Part shown: positions 55,355 through 64,000 of the stretch, piece after piece
Numbering within the stretch: position 1 is the first letter of the stretch
Layout of the letters: each line of letters opens with the position of its first letter
From: a virus
Length of the DNA: 64,000 nt
Virus record (IMG/VR): IMGVR_UViG_3300030012_004221
Location: 64,001 to 128,000 of that record
Strand: one strand, 5' to 3'
Notes under the pieces: model-generated
The model's database searches: none
What the model saw: only the letters and a program-made list of their open reading frames with translations
What the model was told of the DNA's origin: nothing
Made by a program: the position numbers and the translations under genes

Positions 55355-58066
55355 TTAACCTATTTTAGAAGTTGCCAAAGCCATTGACTTACCTGCTTTA
55401 GCACCATCAATATACACATCACCACCTTTTTCAATGGCTAATCTTATTGCTTTAAGTTCTGATATTATTTCAGCATTACCTATTTCTTCTTCACCACCTC
55501 CAAATAATCCTCCAATAGCACTACCAATTCCACCTACTACTGAACCTATTCCACTTGCAACACCTAAAGGATCTGCAACTGAAGCTATACTTGGTAACAT
55601 ATCAGCTAATTTACTTAATGGCATAACTACTTCATCTTCACCACCTTCACCAATTATAGCTGGTGTACCTCCTGCTTTGGCAGAAATAATTCCTCCTTCT
55701 GCTAAACCAACTGCTCCAGTAACTAAACCTGCTAAATCAGGAGATTCAACATTTGGAATATCTACTAATGGGATTGTATTTAGTCCATCAATAATTAAAT
55801 TAATAGCTCCCATTACTAAATCAGTTAATACTTGGAAAGGTGCTAATAGTAATCCAATAGCTCCACTAGCAATCATTTTAAATCCTTCTTGAAAATCACC
55901 TTGGAATATTTTGATAAAACCTCCAAATATACTCATCATACTTTGTACATTTTCTATTATTAGTCTAATTGCGGCTTGCATTGGAAGTAAACCAATAGAT
56001 ATAATACTACCTAAAATACTTCCTATACTACTAAATATACTACCCATTTCCGTTCCTTCAGGTAATATTTCACTAATCATTTCACCTATTTGTTTGAAAA
56101 GATCCATTATCAACATAGTAGGTTGAAGTAAAGTTTTCATAATTGGAGCTAGTAATCCACCAAGTAAATCACCAAGTCCTTTAACTATAGGCATCATTGG
56201 TTTTAATGTGTCTTCAAGTACTGTCATTAACAAATCAACAATAGGCATTAAAGGCTCTAATATCATTACAAATAAACCTTGAAGTTTTTCAGTAACTGCA
56301 GCTAACCTTTCTGTAGCACTTTGAGACTCCATTTGAGCTAAAACTCCAGCTTCTGCTAATTCTTTTTTCTTTTCTTCTGTTAATAAACCTGCTGCTTGTA
56401 ATCTATTAAATTCTGCTTGAGCTTCACTTGCTGTTTTAATATCACCCCCAAATGCTTTTTGCATAGCTGCAACTTTTTCTTGCTCTACTAACATTCCAGC
56501 CATGTCTTCTCTTGACATACCAAATGCTTTAGCTAATGCTTCTTGTTGAATAACATTCATTTCACCAAATTCAGCTGCTGTCCCTACTTCTTTTCTTATT
56601 TCTTGGGCTAGTCGAGCTTGATCACCTGCTAATGCTGCTGCTCTAGCATTTTCTAAATTAAGTTGTTTACCTGTTAATAACTCAGCTTCCATTTCAGCTG
56701 CTATTGAAGATTCAAATTCTAATAAACTACCCTGAACACCTTCTAATTGTGCAGCACTAATTCCAAGCATTTTTTGTTGAAATACTTGATTAGCCATTTC
56801 TTTAGTGTTCATTCTATTTGATAAAAGTTGGGCTTTAGACATTTCCCCAATTCCTTCTTGAATATCTTTAGCATTAAAAGAAACTTTATTTTGGGCATTT
56901 AATTCTTGGGTTACTGCTGTTGCACTGATAAGTTGGTCTTTAATGGTTTTACCACCTATCATAGCTCCTTCAGCAAATTTTTTCATTGCTCCTTCTGATA
57001 ATCCAGTTCTTTCAGATACTGAAGCAAATTCAGCTGCTATATCACCAGCAAATTTAGCAGATGTACCAAATATTTTATTTAGTTGCATCTGGGATTTTAC
57101 TATATCTTGACCTGAGACAGCTATGTCATCAAAGTCCATAGCTACTTCATTAGACTCAAAAACTAATGCTTGTCCTTCTTTTGCAGATATACCTAAATTT
57201 TTAGCAACTTCACCTGATTGTTGATCAACCATTTTAAATGCCTTAACAATCTGATCAATAGCTAATGCTATTAAAGCATAAGGTCCTAAAGATTTCATTA
57301 GGTTTTTACCTAAACCCTGAGCTAAATGGTTCATTGCCTGCATTTTAGAGACATTTCCACCACTAGCTTTAACCATTGCTCTAGTATCTTTTAGAGCATC
57401 TCCAATTCCTAGTCTATCACCTATACCTGAGGGTAAAACTTTATTCAAACCATCAGCAGAAGCCCCAATGAGACCCATTTGTTTTTCTACTTTTATTTCT
57501 TCCTCAACTACATCTTCTAAATTCTTAGTAATTTGGCCATATAAACCATCAGTTCTATTTAAAGCACCTTGTATATTATCTAAAGCAGCTTGTTCTTTTT
57601 TATTTAATCCTTCTAAGGCTGCCTTATTTTGTAATAAAGTTTTTGATAATTCTAAATTTTTCTTTTCTGCTAATACTTTATTTTGAAGAGCTACTAAGTC
57701 TCGTGAATTAGCTTCTTTTAAACCCGATTGAATATCAACTAAATCTCCAGTTAATGAAGTTAAATTATTAGCTGCTTTAACAGCCATTTTATACCCTAAG
57801 TTATAGTTTTGGATTTCGTCATTTACAGCTCCAATTGCTCCAAATAACTCTTTAGTTTCAGCTTCTAAATCTCTAGTAGCTTGTGTAGATTCTTCAATTG
57901 ATTGGTTGATATCATCATAGATATCCTGAATTTGTTTTAAGTCAGCTATAGAAGTTTCAAAAGTGGGCTCTGGAAACCTAATAGCTTTCCCCATTTTTGC
58001 GTATTCCGCATTAATCTCCTGGACGAGTTTTTTAGCCCTTTCTAAATCTTTGTTGTTTAGTGCCAT
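55355..58066 (-). CDS. Tail tape measure protein
   Basis: 903 aa, helical and Ala/Gly/Met-rich, downstream of the tail chaperone pair. Confidence 0.8.
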   Translation of the reverse strand: MALNNKDLERAKKLVQEINAEYAKMGKAIRFPEPTFETSIADLKQIQDIYDDINQSIEESTQATRDLEAETKELFGAIGAVNDEIQNYNLGYKMAVKAANNLTSLTGDLVDIQSGLKEANSRDLVALQNKVLAEKKNLELSKTLLQNKAALEGLNKKEQAALDNIQGALNRTDGLYGQITKNLEDVVEEEIKVEKQMGLIGASADGLNKVLPSGIGDRLGIGDALKDTRAMVKASGGNVSKMQAMNHLAQGLGKNLMKSLGPYALIALAIDQIVKAFKMVDQQSGEVAKNLGISAKEGQALVFESNEVAMDFDDIAVSGQDIVKSQMQLNKIFGTSAKFAGDIAAEFASVSERTGLSEGAMKKFAEGAMIGGKTIKDQLISATAVTQELNAQNKVSFNAKDIQEGIGEMSKAQLLSNRMNTKEMANQVFQQKMLGISAAQLEGVQGSLLEFESSIAAEMEAELLTGKQLNLENARAAALAGDQARLAQEIRKEVGTAAEFGEMNVIQQEALAKAFGMSREDMAGMLVEQEKVAAMQKAFGGDIKTASEAQAEFNRLQAAGLLTEEKKKELAEAGVLAQMESQSATERLAAVTEKLQGLFVMILEPLMPIVDLLMTVLEDTLKPMMPIVKGLGDLLGGLLAPIMKTLLQPTMLIMDLFKQIGEMISEILPEGTEMGSIFSSIGSILGSIISIGLLPMQAAIRLIIENVQSMMSIFGGFIKIFQGDFQEGFKMIASGAIGLLLAPFQVLTDLVMGAINLIIDGLNTIPLVDIPNVESPDLAGLVTGAVGLAEGGIISAKAGGTPAIIGEGGEDEVVMPLSKLADMLPSIASVADPLGVASGIGSVVGGIGSAIGGLFGGGEEEIGNAEIISELKAIRLAIEKGGDVYIDGAKAGKSMALATSKIG

Positions 58067-58098
58067 CTTTACCTGACTATATTTTGGTATAAATATCG

Positions 58099-58124
58099 AA
58101 AGGCATCATTTTTTTGATGCCTTT
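58099..58124 (-). terminator. 10-bp hairpin over the stop codon of the chaperone extension
   Basis: AAAGGCAUCA-A6-UGAUGCCUUU, immediately followed by an ATATTTATA motif. Confidence 0.5.
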
Positions 58125-58423
58125 GATACATAGTTAGGTGTTGATTTTAAAGATTTATTGGTTGGAGGGTTAAATGCTTGTTTTGGTATTTTTGATTTAT
58201 CAGGATTTGCTAAATCAATATTAGTCCCCTTTCCTTTCATTTTACCCTTCATGGCTTCAGCCTCTTGCTTTTTAATATCACTAATTTGTTGGAAAGTAAA
58301 TTTACGTAACCAAAGAGGCATATTATAGACGGTATGAAAGTCATACCCACCACCACCAAAATAGACTATTTCGTTAATTTGTTTAAATAACGATACTCTA
58401 AACTGTGGCGTCAGGCCAAAAAA
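58106..58423 (-). CDS. Tail assembly chaperone C-terminal extension (GT-like), probably reached by frameshift
   Basis: The frame is open without Met from the T7 run (FFGLTPQFRVSLFKQINEIVYFGGGGYDFHTVYN) into the tracked ORF starting at 58321. Confidence 0.7.
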   Translation of the reverse strand, partial: FFGLTPQFRVSLFKQINEIVYFGGGGYDFHTVYNMPLWLRKFTFQQISDIKKQEAEAMKGKMKGKGTNIDLANPDKSKIPKQAFNPPTNKSLKSTPNYVSKASKK

Positions 58424-59144
58424 AGTTGACGGTCATCGGGAGGGTTGCTTCCTCCTGTATGCCGTCGCTACTCTCAAAATTAAACTTTAAATCTACATCC
58501 GGTTGGAATGCTTTTATGTGTTCTCTTAATGCTCTTGAATCTCTTGCTAAAAAGTAATTATCTACAAATTCACGTATTGATTTTTTATCTTCTTGGCCAT
58601 CAACTGATAAAATTGTGTGTTTTAGACGTGTTGATAATTCTGGATTACTATTTTTATTTAATTTTTGTAAACCTTTTATTTCTTGTCTAATTGCTTTATC
58701 TTCTTTACCAGTAGCTAATTTAAATTCTATTCTAGTCCCATTTGTAGGTAATGTAAATTCAAATCTATTTACGTGTTTTTCCAATAATTCACTTTCATTT
58801 ATTTCTCTAGACTCTAATGTAGTTAAATCTATTGTTACTTCTTCACCTTTATATTGAAAAGTGTAATCAGCCCCATATCCTAAAACTCTAGCTGCTATCA
58901 TAATTGCATTTTTATCACCTACTACTAGATCTTCATAGTTAATTTTAGACACAATTAATGATTTTAGTAATTTATCAATTACAATCCCTTGTTTAATATA
59001 GTTTTGATTGGTTAATATATCTTCTTCTTTAGCTGTCATGTATTTCATTTCAACCTTACCTGAAGATAATGGATTGTCTTTTGGGTAAACTAATCCTTTT
59101 GATGGTAAATCTACTTGTTCAGTAGGAAATTTAAAATCTGCCAT
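58398..59144 (-). CDS. Tail/baseplate assembly chaperone (T4 gp26-like)
   Basis: LPSKG, MTAKEEDIL, GDKNAIMIAAR and terminal FFWP. Lies between the tube and tape measure genes. Confidence 0.75.
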   Translation of the reverse strand: MADFKFPTEQVDLPSKGLVYPKDNPLSSGKVEMKYMTAKEEDILTNQNYIKQGIVIDKLLKSLIVSKINYEDLVVGDKNAIMIAARVLGYGADYTFQYKGEEVTIDLTTLESREINESELLEKHVNRFEFTLPTNGTRIEFKLATGKEDKAIRQEIKGLQKLNKNSNPELSTRLKHTILSVDGQEDKKSIREFVDNYFLARDSRALREHIKAFQPDVDLKFNFESSDGIQEEATLPMTVNFFWPDATV

Positions 59145-59193
59145 ATAAATTTTATTTAGTTATAACTTAATTTCATGTATACATATATAATAT

Positions 59194-59220
59194 AAAAAAA
59201 AGCTTGACCGAAGCCAAGCT
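59194..59220 (-). terminator. Rho-independent terminator after the tail tube gene
   Basis: AGCUUGGC-UUCG-GUCAAGCU followed by a U-tract. Confidence 0.9.
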
Positions 59221-59245
59221 ATTTTTAAAAATATATAATTTCTTT

Positions 59246-59734
59246 TTAGAAATTTAATACGCAGTAATCCATTCCGATTGTTAAATCAATGTTTTGAGCT
59301 TCACCATCAGTATCCCAATTCATATCAGCAAATGAAGCATCTTTAATAAATGCACCTTTTATAATCCATTCTGATACTACATCACCTACTGGTCCTAATA
59401 CATCAATTGTTAAATCTTTCTTATAGAAATCAGAATATCCAGCTCTACCTGTTACTGATTCATAATGTAATCTAACCCATTCCATTACTGCCTGAGCACC
59501 TGAAGGAGTAATTGGATCAAATAATTGCATTGTGATGTCATTCCATCTCAATTTACCTTTTACTTTTCTATAAGTGTTAATATGGTTTAGTACAATTTCG
59601 TCTTGTGCAAATCCAATTCCACTTACACCTTTAATTATATAAGTTGGAAATCCGTCAACATACATTACAAACCTATTTGCTACTTTGGGCTCAAAAGCTG
59701 TGAAAAATATTTCGTTTGGGTCTAATACTGCCAT
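59246..59734 (-). CDS. Tail tube protein (T4 gp19-like)
   Basis: FEPK..NRF, WNDIT, YKKDL and EWIIKGAF. Follows the sheath gene. Confidence 0.88.
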   Translation of the reverse strand: MAVLDPNEIFFTAFEPKVANRFVMYVDGFPTYIIKGVSGIGFAQDEIVLNHINTYRKVKGKLRWNDITMQLFDPITPSGAQAVMEWVRLHYESVTGRAGYSDFYKKDLTIDVLGPVGDVVSEWIIKGAFIKDASFADMNWDTDGEAQNIDLTIGMDYCVLNF

Positions 59735-59788
59735 TTTATGTTTTGTTTAAATTTTTTATTCAATTATAAATATTACGTTTTTAAATTC

Positions 59789-62092
59789 TTATGCAGGAAA
59801 TTCAGCTCCTGTTGGTAGAATATTGAAATCTAGGTATATAAATTCTGCCGTTTTAGTTGGTTGAATAAATATTGCACCTCTTAATTCATTTCTATCAATT
59901 ACTTCAGGTCCATTATTTGAATCATCCATTTGTACTTTAAAGGCAAATAAACCTTGTCTTTGTTGTACTGATTCTAAATATGGATTTACTTGTCCTAAGA
60001 ATACATTTCTAGTTGCAGCTGTATTTTGTTCAAATACTAAATTATCTGAAATTTGTGAAATGAAGTTCTTAAGTGCAATTAATAATCTTCTAACATTTAC
60101 TCTGTCTAAAGCACTTGCTTGTGTTTGTAGTGTTTTCTGTCCAAATACTACCACTCCTCTTCCTGGGAATGTAGCTATTGGATTTACTTTACCTACATAT
60201 AAAGCATCTCTATTAGATTGAGTTAATTTTCTTTCTGCTTGAACTACTACTCCTAATCCACCTCTGTTTATACCTGCTGGTGCAAACCAAGCTTCTGCTG
60301 TTCTATCATTAGCTGCATAAACACCTGGGATTAATGTTGAAGCTGGAACCCAAACTCTTTGTCCTGAATCTGGATCAGTTACCATACACCAAGGCCAATA
60401 TGCTGCTGCATATGAAGTATCTAAACTTGCTGCTGTTGTAGTAATCGCTGTTATCGATGAGTCATAAGCTTCAAGATCTAATGTAATAATATTATCACCT
60501 CTATTTTCAGTATTTGAAATTAAAGTATTTAATGTTGAAGTATAACCTGATTGGAATAATCCTGGAACAGAAATTATATTATATTGATAATCATCTTTAT
60601 TTGCTAATAAATTAATTGCATCTGTATAATTTCCACCTACTAATCCTTGTGTATCATTCTGATCAATTTTTTCATAGTATTTTCCTTGTCCAGTTAATAT
60701 TGATCCTTGAGCATCTCCAAATGAACCTGAACCTGCTATTGGAATTGAAGCTGTAAATTGAGATTTTGCAGTTCCACTATTATCTAAGTAATCTGGTGTT
60801 TTAAAGTTTACAGATTTTACTCTTACGTATCTTGAAGCATTTGCATAAGAACCAGTTGTTTGTAGATATGGTTCTGCTGTTCCAGATCCTAATAGTGTTT
60901 CTGTTTGATCACCAACTATTCTTGATATATAATTTGGTGATTTAGGATCTAATGATACATTATTAAAGCTTTCAAGTACTGATTTAGCTCTAGTTGTATC
61001 ATTACCTTGTCTAATAATTAAACTAAATGTACCAGATGAAGTATTTGGTGAGGTAATTTCCCATCTTAAATTATCTGTAGTACCAGTTGAAATAGCACCT
61101 TGAGAATTTAATGTTCCTGCATTATTCATAATTTCACCTTGACCAATTGTTTCTAATGTGAAAGCATTTGCATCTGTAATATCAGCATCTACTAATGTAA
61201 ATGTTAAAGCTGTATCTGCATTACCAATACTTGCTGCAGGTACTGTAATTACATCACCTACTGCATATCCTGATGCTGATCCACTTGCTACAATAGCTGT
61301 TGGAAATGTTTGTAAATCTGCATTTGCGATTGTAATAATAGGATCTGTACCACCAGCTCCTGAAGCACCTAATGATCCTGATGCTATAATTAATGTATCT
61401 CCCGCATTATATCCTGAACCTGTTGCTACTACTGTAACTGAAGTAATTGATGTAGCACCTGCTACTACGACTGTAGCTGTAGCACCTGTACCAGCACCTG
61501 AACCACTTGTTAAAGCTACTGTATAAGTGTCTGCTACTAATCCTGCTGGTGGAGTTGATACTGTTAAATCTGCACTTTGGCTAAATTGACCACTACCTGA
61601 TGATAGTGTTACATTAACTTTTAACCCTGTTGATGAACCACCTGTAGTAGCTACATCATCAAACTGTCCCGCTGTTGCTCCTAAAGCACCACCAATTCCA
61701 GTTCCTGCATTATATGAACCAAATAAATTAGTTGTATCTGGTATATCACCACTTTCTTGATCATTAAATATTGTTGATGAAGTTGCTGCTGTAAATGAAC
61801 CAGAAGCTACTCTAGTAACAATTAAAGAAGTACCTCCATTTTGGAAATAATTGTAAGCTGATATAGATGTTAAAAATGTGAATTCTTCCTTTTGGTTTGT
61901 TGAACCACTTTCAAAAGTAGTACCAAAATTAGCTTGATACTCACTATAAGAAGTAATAAGCTTAGGAATATTTACTCGACCTTTTACTGTAGGTCCAATT
62001 ATCGCTGCACCAGCTTGTACAGGTTGAGAAGTTATCTGAGATTGATCATTTTCTCTTGCTAGTACTCCTGGGGAAATTAATGTTTCTGCCAT
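59789..62092 (-). CDS. Contractile tail sheath protein (T4 gp18-like)
   Basis: SPGVLARE, WFAPAGINRG, GQKTLQ, RVNVRRL, FEQN and PTKTAEFI. Confidence 0.95.
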   Translation of the reverse strand: MAETLISPGVLARENDQSQITSQPVQAGAAIIGPTVKGRVNIPKLITSYSEYQANFGTTFESGSTNQKEEFTFLTSISAYNYFQNGGTSLIVTRVASGSFTAATSSTIFNDQESGDIPDTTNLFGSYNAGTGIGGALGATAGQFDDVATTGGSSTGLKVNVTLSSGSGQFSQSADLTVSTPPAGLVADTYTVALTSGSGAGTGATATVVVAGATSITSVTVVATGSGYNAGDTLIIASGSLGASGAGGTDPIITIANADLQTFPTAIVASGSASGYAVGDVITVPAASIGNADTALTFTLVDADITDANAFTLETIGQGEIMNNAGTLNSQGAISTGTTDNLRWEITSPNTSSGTFSLIIRQGNDTTRAKSVLESFNNVSLDPKSPNYISRIVGDQTETLLGSGTAEPYLQTTGSYANASRYVRVKSVNFKTPDYLDNSGTAKSQFTASIPIAGSGSFGDAQGSILTGQGKYYEKIDQNDTQGLVGGNYTDAINLLANKDDYQYNIISVPGLFQSGYTSTLNTLISNTENRGDNIITLDLEAYDSSITAITTTAASLDTSYAAAYWPWCMVTDPDSGQRVWVPASTLIPGVYAANDRTAEAWFAPAGINRGGLGVVVQAERKLTQSNRDALYVGKVNPIATFPGRGVVVFGQKTLQTQASALDRVNVRRLLIALKNFISQISDNLVFEQNTAATRNVFLGQVNPYLESVQQRQGLFAFKVQMDDSNNGPEVIDRNELRGAIFIQPTKTAEFIYLDFNILPTGAEFPA

Positions 62093-62144
62093 GTTATTTA
62101 ATTGTTATATTTTGATAATAAATATATGAGTTTTTGTCAAAAAT

Positions 62145-62390
62145 TTATTTATTAGGAGAAAACTCACCAGTATCTAAAGAAATTGTTCCCTTACCATACT
62201 TTTTTTCTAGCTCATTAGCTATTGTGACTTCTTCTTCTTGAATTTTTAACAAACTCATTTGTAATTCTTCTTTTTGTCGTTGGAGATTAAAAATTTGGAT
62301 TTCTATTTGTCCAACTGTGTTAATTAATTGGTTAACTTTTAATTTTAAATCATTAACCTTTTTAATTTCTTCTTCCGTTATTTTTGTCAT
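62145..62390 (-). CDS. Small coiled-coil protein
   Basis: Heptad pattern and KYGKGTISLDTGEF. Confidence 0.6.
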   Translation of the reverse strand: MTKITEEEIKKVNDLKLKVNQLINTVGQIEIQIFNLQRQKEELQMSLLKIQEEEVTIANELEKKYGKGTISLDTGEFSPNK

Positions 62391-62429
62391 ATTATACGTA
62401 TTAAAACTATTTGTTAAAAACTATTATTA

Positions 62430-63929
62430 TTATGCTATTTGTTGTGCTACTGTTATTCTAACTGTTCCTCCAATTTGTGGAAATGCACCTAATGGAGTAC
62501 CAGATTGGTTTATTCTTACTGAAATATATCCTTGATCACCTACACCCGATGCTATAAAAAACTCACCACCACCACTAGTTAAAACTTGAGATGTTTTATT
62601 AGCAATAGTAACTCCACCACCAGTAACTTCTTCAATTATATATCCAGCTCCTCTAAGACCAAATACTGATGAATATTCTAAATATCCAACTTTTGCTTCT
62701 GGGTTAACTAATGTAGATCCTCTTTCCATCAAAATTAAATTTACATGCATTGTAACTACAAAGTTATTACTATTATCTAATGGTGGTAAAGGGTAAGTAC
62801 CTTTATCAGTAGAGTCCCAAGGATAATATCTAAAAATTATATCTGGGGTATTATCAACTGCTTGTTGTGGAATAATAAATTCTGATGATTGATATCCTAC
62901 AGCATTTTGTGTTGCATTAGCATTAAGATTACCTTTTGAAATACCAAAACTACCTGTAAATGTAGATTGACCACTTCCAACATTAATACTACCACTATAA
63001 ACGTGAAGATCATTTGATGATGAAACTGCTACTTTTGCCTCAGCCGCCGATGAACCACCTAAAGAAAATGCAACTCTAGCTGCTGGGTTTGTTGATTCAT
63101 TAGCTACATAAGTATTTCCATCAAAATTAAATTTAGTTGCTGTTGCTGATCTAGTTGAATCATTAGTTCCATCTGTAACTATTATTCCTGTGTTTGCTGA
63201 GGAAGCTGTTACTTCTATTCCTGTACTTACAGTTCTAACTCTTCTAACATTATTAAAGAATAACTGGCAATCACTATCTTGGTTAAAAATAGCAACTGTT
63301 TCTGCTTCATCACTACCTTTTATAGTTAATTGAGAAGTTCCAATAACTGAAGTAGCATCTTGATTTGCTATTAATTTAAATTCATCATTCTCAACTGACA
63401 TAGAAACATTAGCTGTTCCTGATGCCGGATCTTCCATTGCTAAACTACCTGTAATTGAAATTCTATCAGTCACAGCATTACCTAAAAATGTACTACCACT
63501 TACTGTTAAATTAGAATTTGTATTAATGTTACCTGCAAAAGAAGAATCACCTGTAATAGCCATACCTCCTCCTAAAACAACAATCTGATCATTTGCTACT
63601 AACCCACCTGAAGCTGTTACTGCTCCTGTTAATGTAATCCCATTAGAATCAGTTGCTAATTTAGTATTTTCATTAAATTTTAATAGTACATTTCCACCAC
63701 TTCCAGCTGACGCTGTAAAATTAGATTGTGAAATTGCTGATACATTATCTGCTAATACTAAATCACCTCCTACTGATAGTTTAGAATTAGCTGCAGTTGT
63801 TAATGAGCCTGATATTGTTATAGCGTAATCACCAGTTCCTGTAAAAGCATCAAAAGATTGAGATACTTGGGAAGCTAAAACAGGTTGTCCTGTTGTTACT
63901 CCAGTATTTGTAAAAGCTAATTTAGACAT
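62430..63929 (-). CDS. Tail fibre-like / structural protein
   Basis: Ser/Gly/Thr-rich beta repeats (ISGS, VSGS, ITGS) with a late-type motif at 63948-63956. Confidence 0.55.
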   Translation of the reverse strand: MSKLAFTNTGVTTGQPVLASQVSQSFDAFTGTGDYAITISGSLTTAANSKLSVGGDLVLADNVSAISQSNFTASAGSGGNVLLKFNENTKLATDSNGITLTGAVTASGGLVANDQIVVLGGGMAITGDSSFAGNINTNSNLTVSGSTFLGNAVTDRISITGSLAMEDPASGTANVSMSVENDEFKLIANQDATSVIGTSQLTIKGSDEAETVAIFNQDSDCQLFFNNVRRVRTVSTGIEVTASSANTGIIVTDGTNDSTRSATATKFNFDGNTYVANESTNPAARVAFSLGGSSAAEAKVAVSSSNDLHVYSGSINVGSGQSTFTGSFGISKGNLNANATQNAVGYQSSEFIIPQQAVDNTPDIIFRYYPWDSTDKGTYPLPPLDNSNNFVVTMHVNLILMERGSTLVNPEAKVGYLEYSSVFGLRGAGYIIEEVTGGGVTIANKTSQVLTSGGGEFFIASGVGDQGYISVRINQSGTPLGAFPQIGGTVRITVAQQIA

Positions 63930-63955
63930 ATTATTCTTTTATTTTATTATAAATA

Positions 63956-64000
63956 TCAAGAAGATTTTTCTAATTGACGACTTATTGCATCAATTACTAT
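63956..64000 (-). CDS. C-terminus of an upstream gene (partial)
   Basis: Open frame IVIDAISRQLEKSS ending in TGA at the window edge. Confidence 0.4.
   Translation of the reverse strand: MVIDAISRQLEKSS

Noticed and set aside
74-62535. All plus-strand ORFs in the track (for example 74-328, 16627-16947, 34505-34906, 55434-55892, 61158-61526)
   Set aside because: Each lies antisense to a well-supported minus-strand gene and has no recognisable motif. They are shadow ORFs.
1-64000. Stop-codon reassignment or a bacterial chromosome/prophage origin
   Set aside because: Genes are full length and densely packed in the standard code with all three stop codons used. No integrase, rRNA or host housekeeping context is present.

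Overview
A 64-kb, very AT-rich segment of a large T4-like myovirus genome. Essentially every real gene is on the minus strand. The host is probably a Bacteroidota (Flavobacteria-like) cell, judged from a T9SS sorting domain, a DUF2452 gene, Bacteroidota-like TTG promoter elements and the absence of Shine-Dalgarno sequences. In transcription order (right to left) the modules are: (1) a tail module with sheath, tube, a frameshifting chaperone pair, tape measure and baseplate; (2) a replication module with a PolA-like enzyme, SSB, RecA/UvsX, 5'-3' exonuclease, helicase and NrdAB; (3) an envelope and lysis cassette with a holin-like protein, a Cys-repeat T9SS cargo, an outer-membrane beta-barrel, a Trx-like protein and an amidase endolysin; (4) a 7-deazaguanine DNA-modification cluster (DpdA-like, queC, queD, queE, flavodoxin, folE) that runs into a purine phosphoribosyltransferase, a MazG-like pyrophosphatase, a split family-B polymerase and a carbamoyltransferase; (5) sliding clamp, Hsp20, GroES/GroEL and clamp loader; (6) an 11-kb nucleotide-sugar, glycosyltransferase and methyltransferase cluster. 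Non-coding signals read directly from the sequence are two promoter classes, candidate pseudoknots in front of queC and queE, an inverted repeat bracketing hsp20 and a +1/-2 slippery site. Family assignments come from motif recognition only; no database searches were run.
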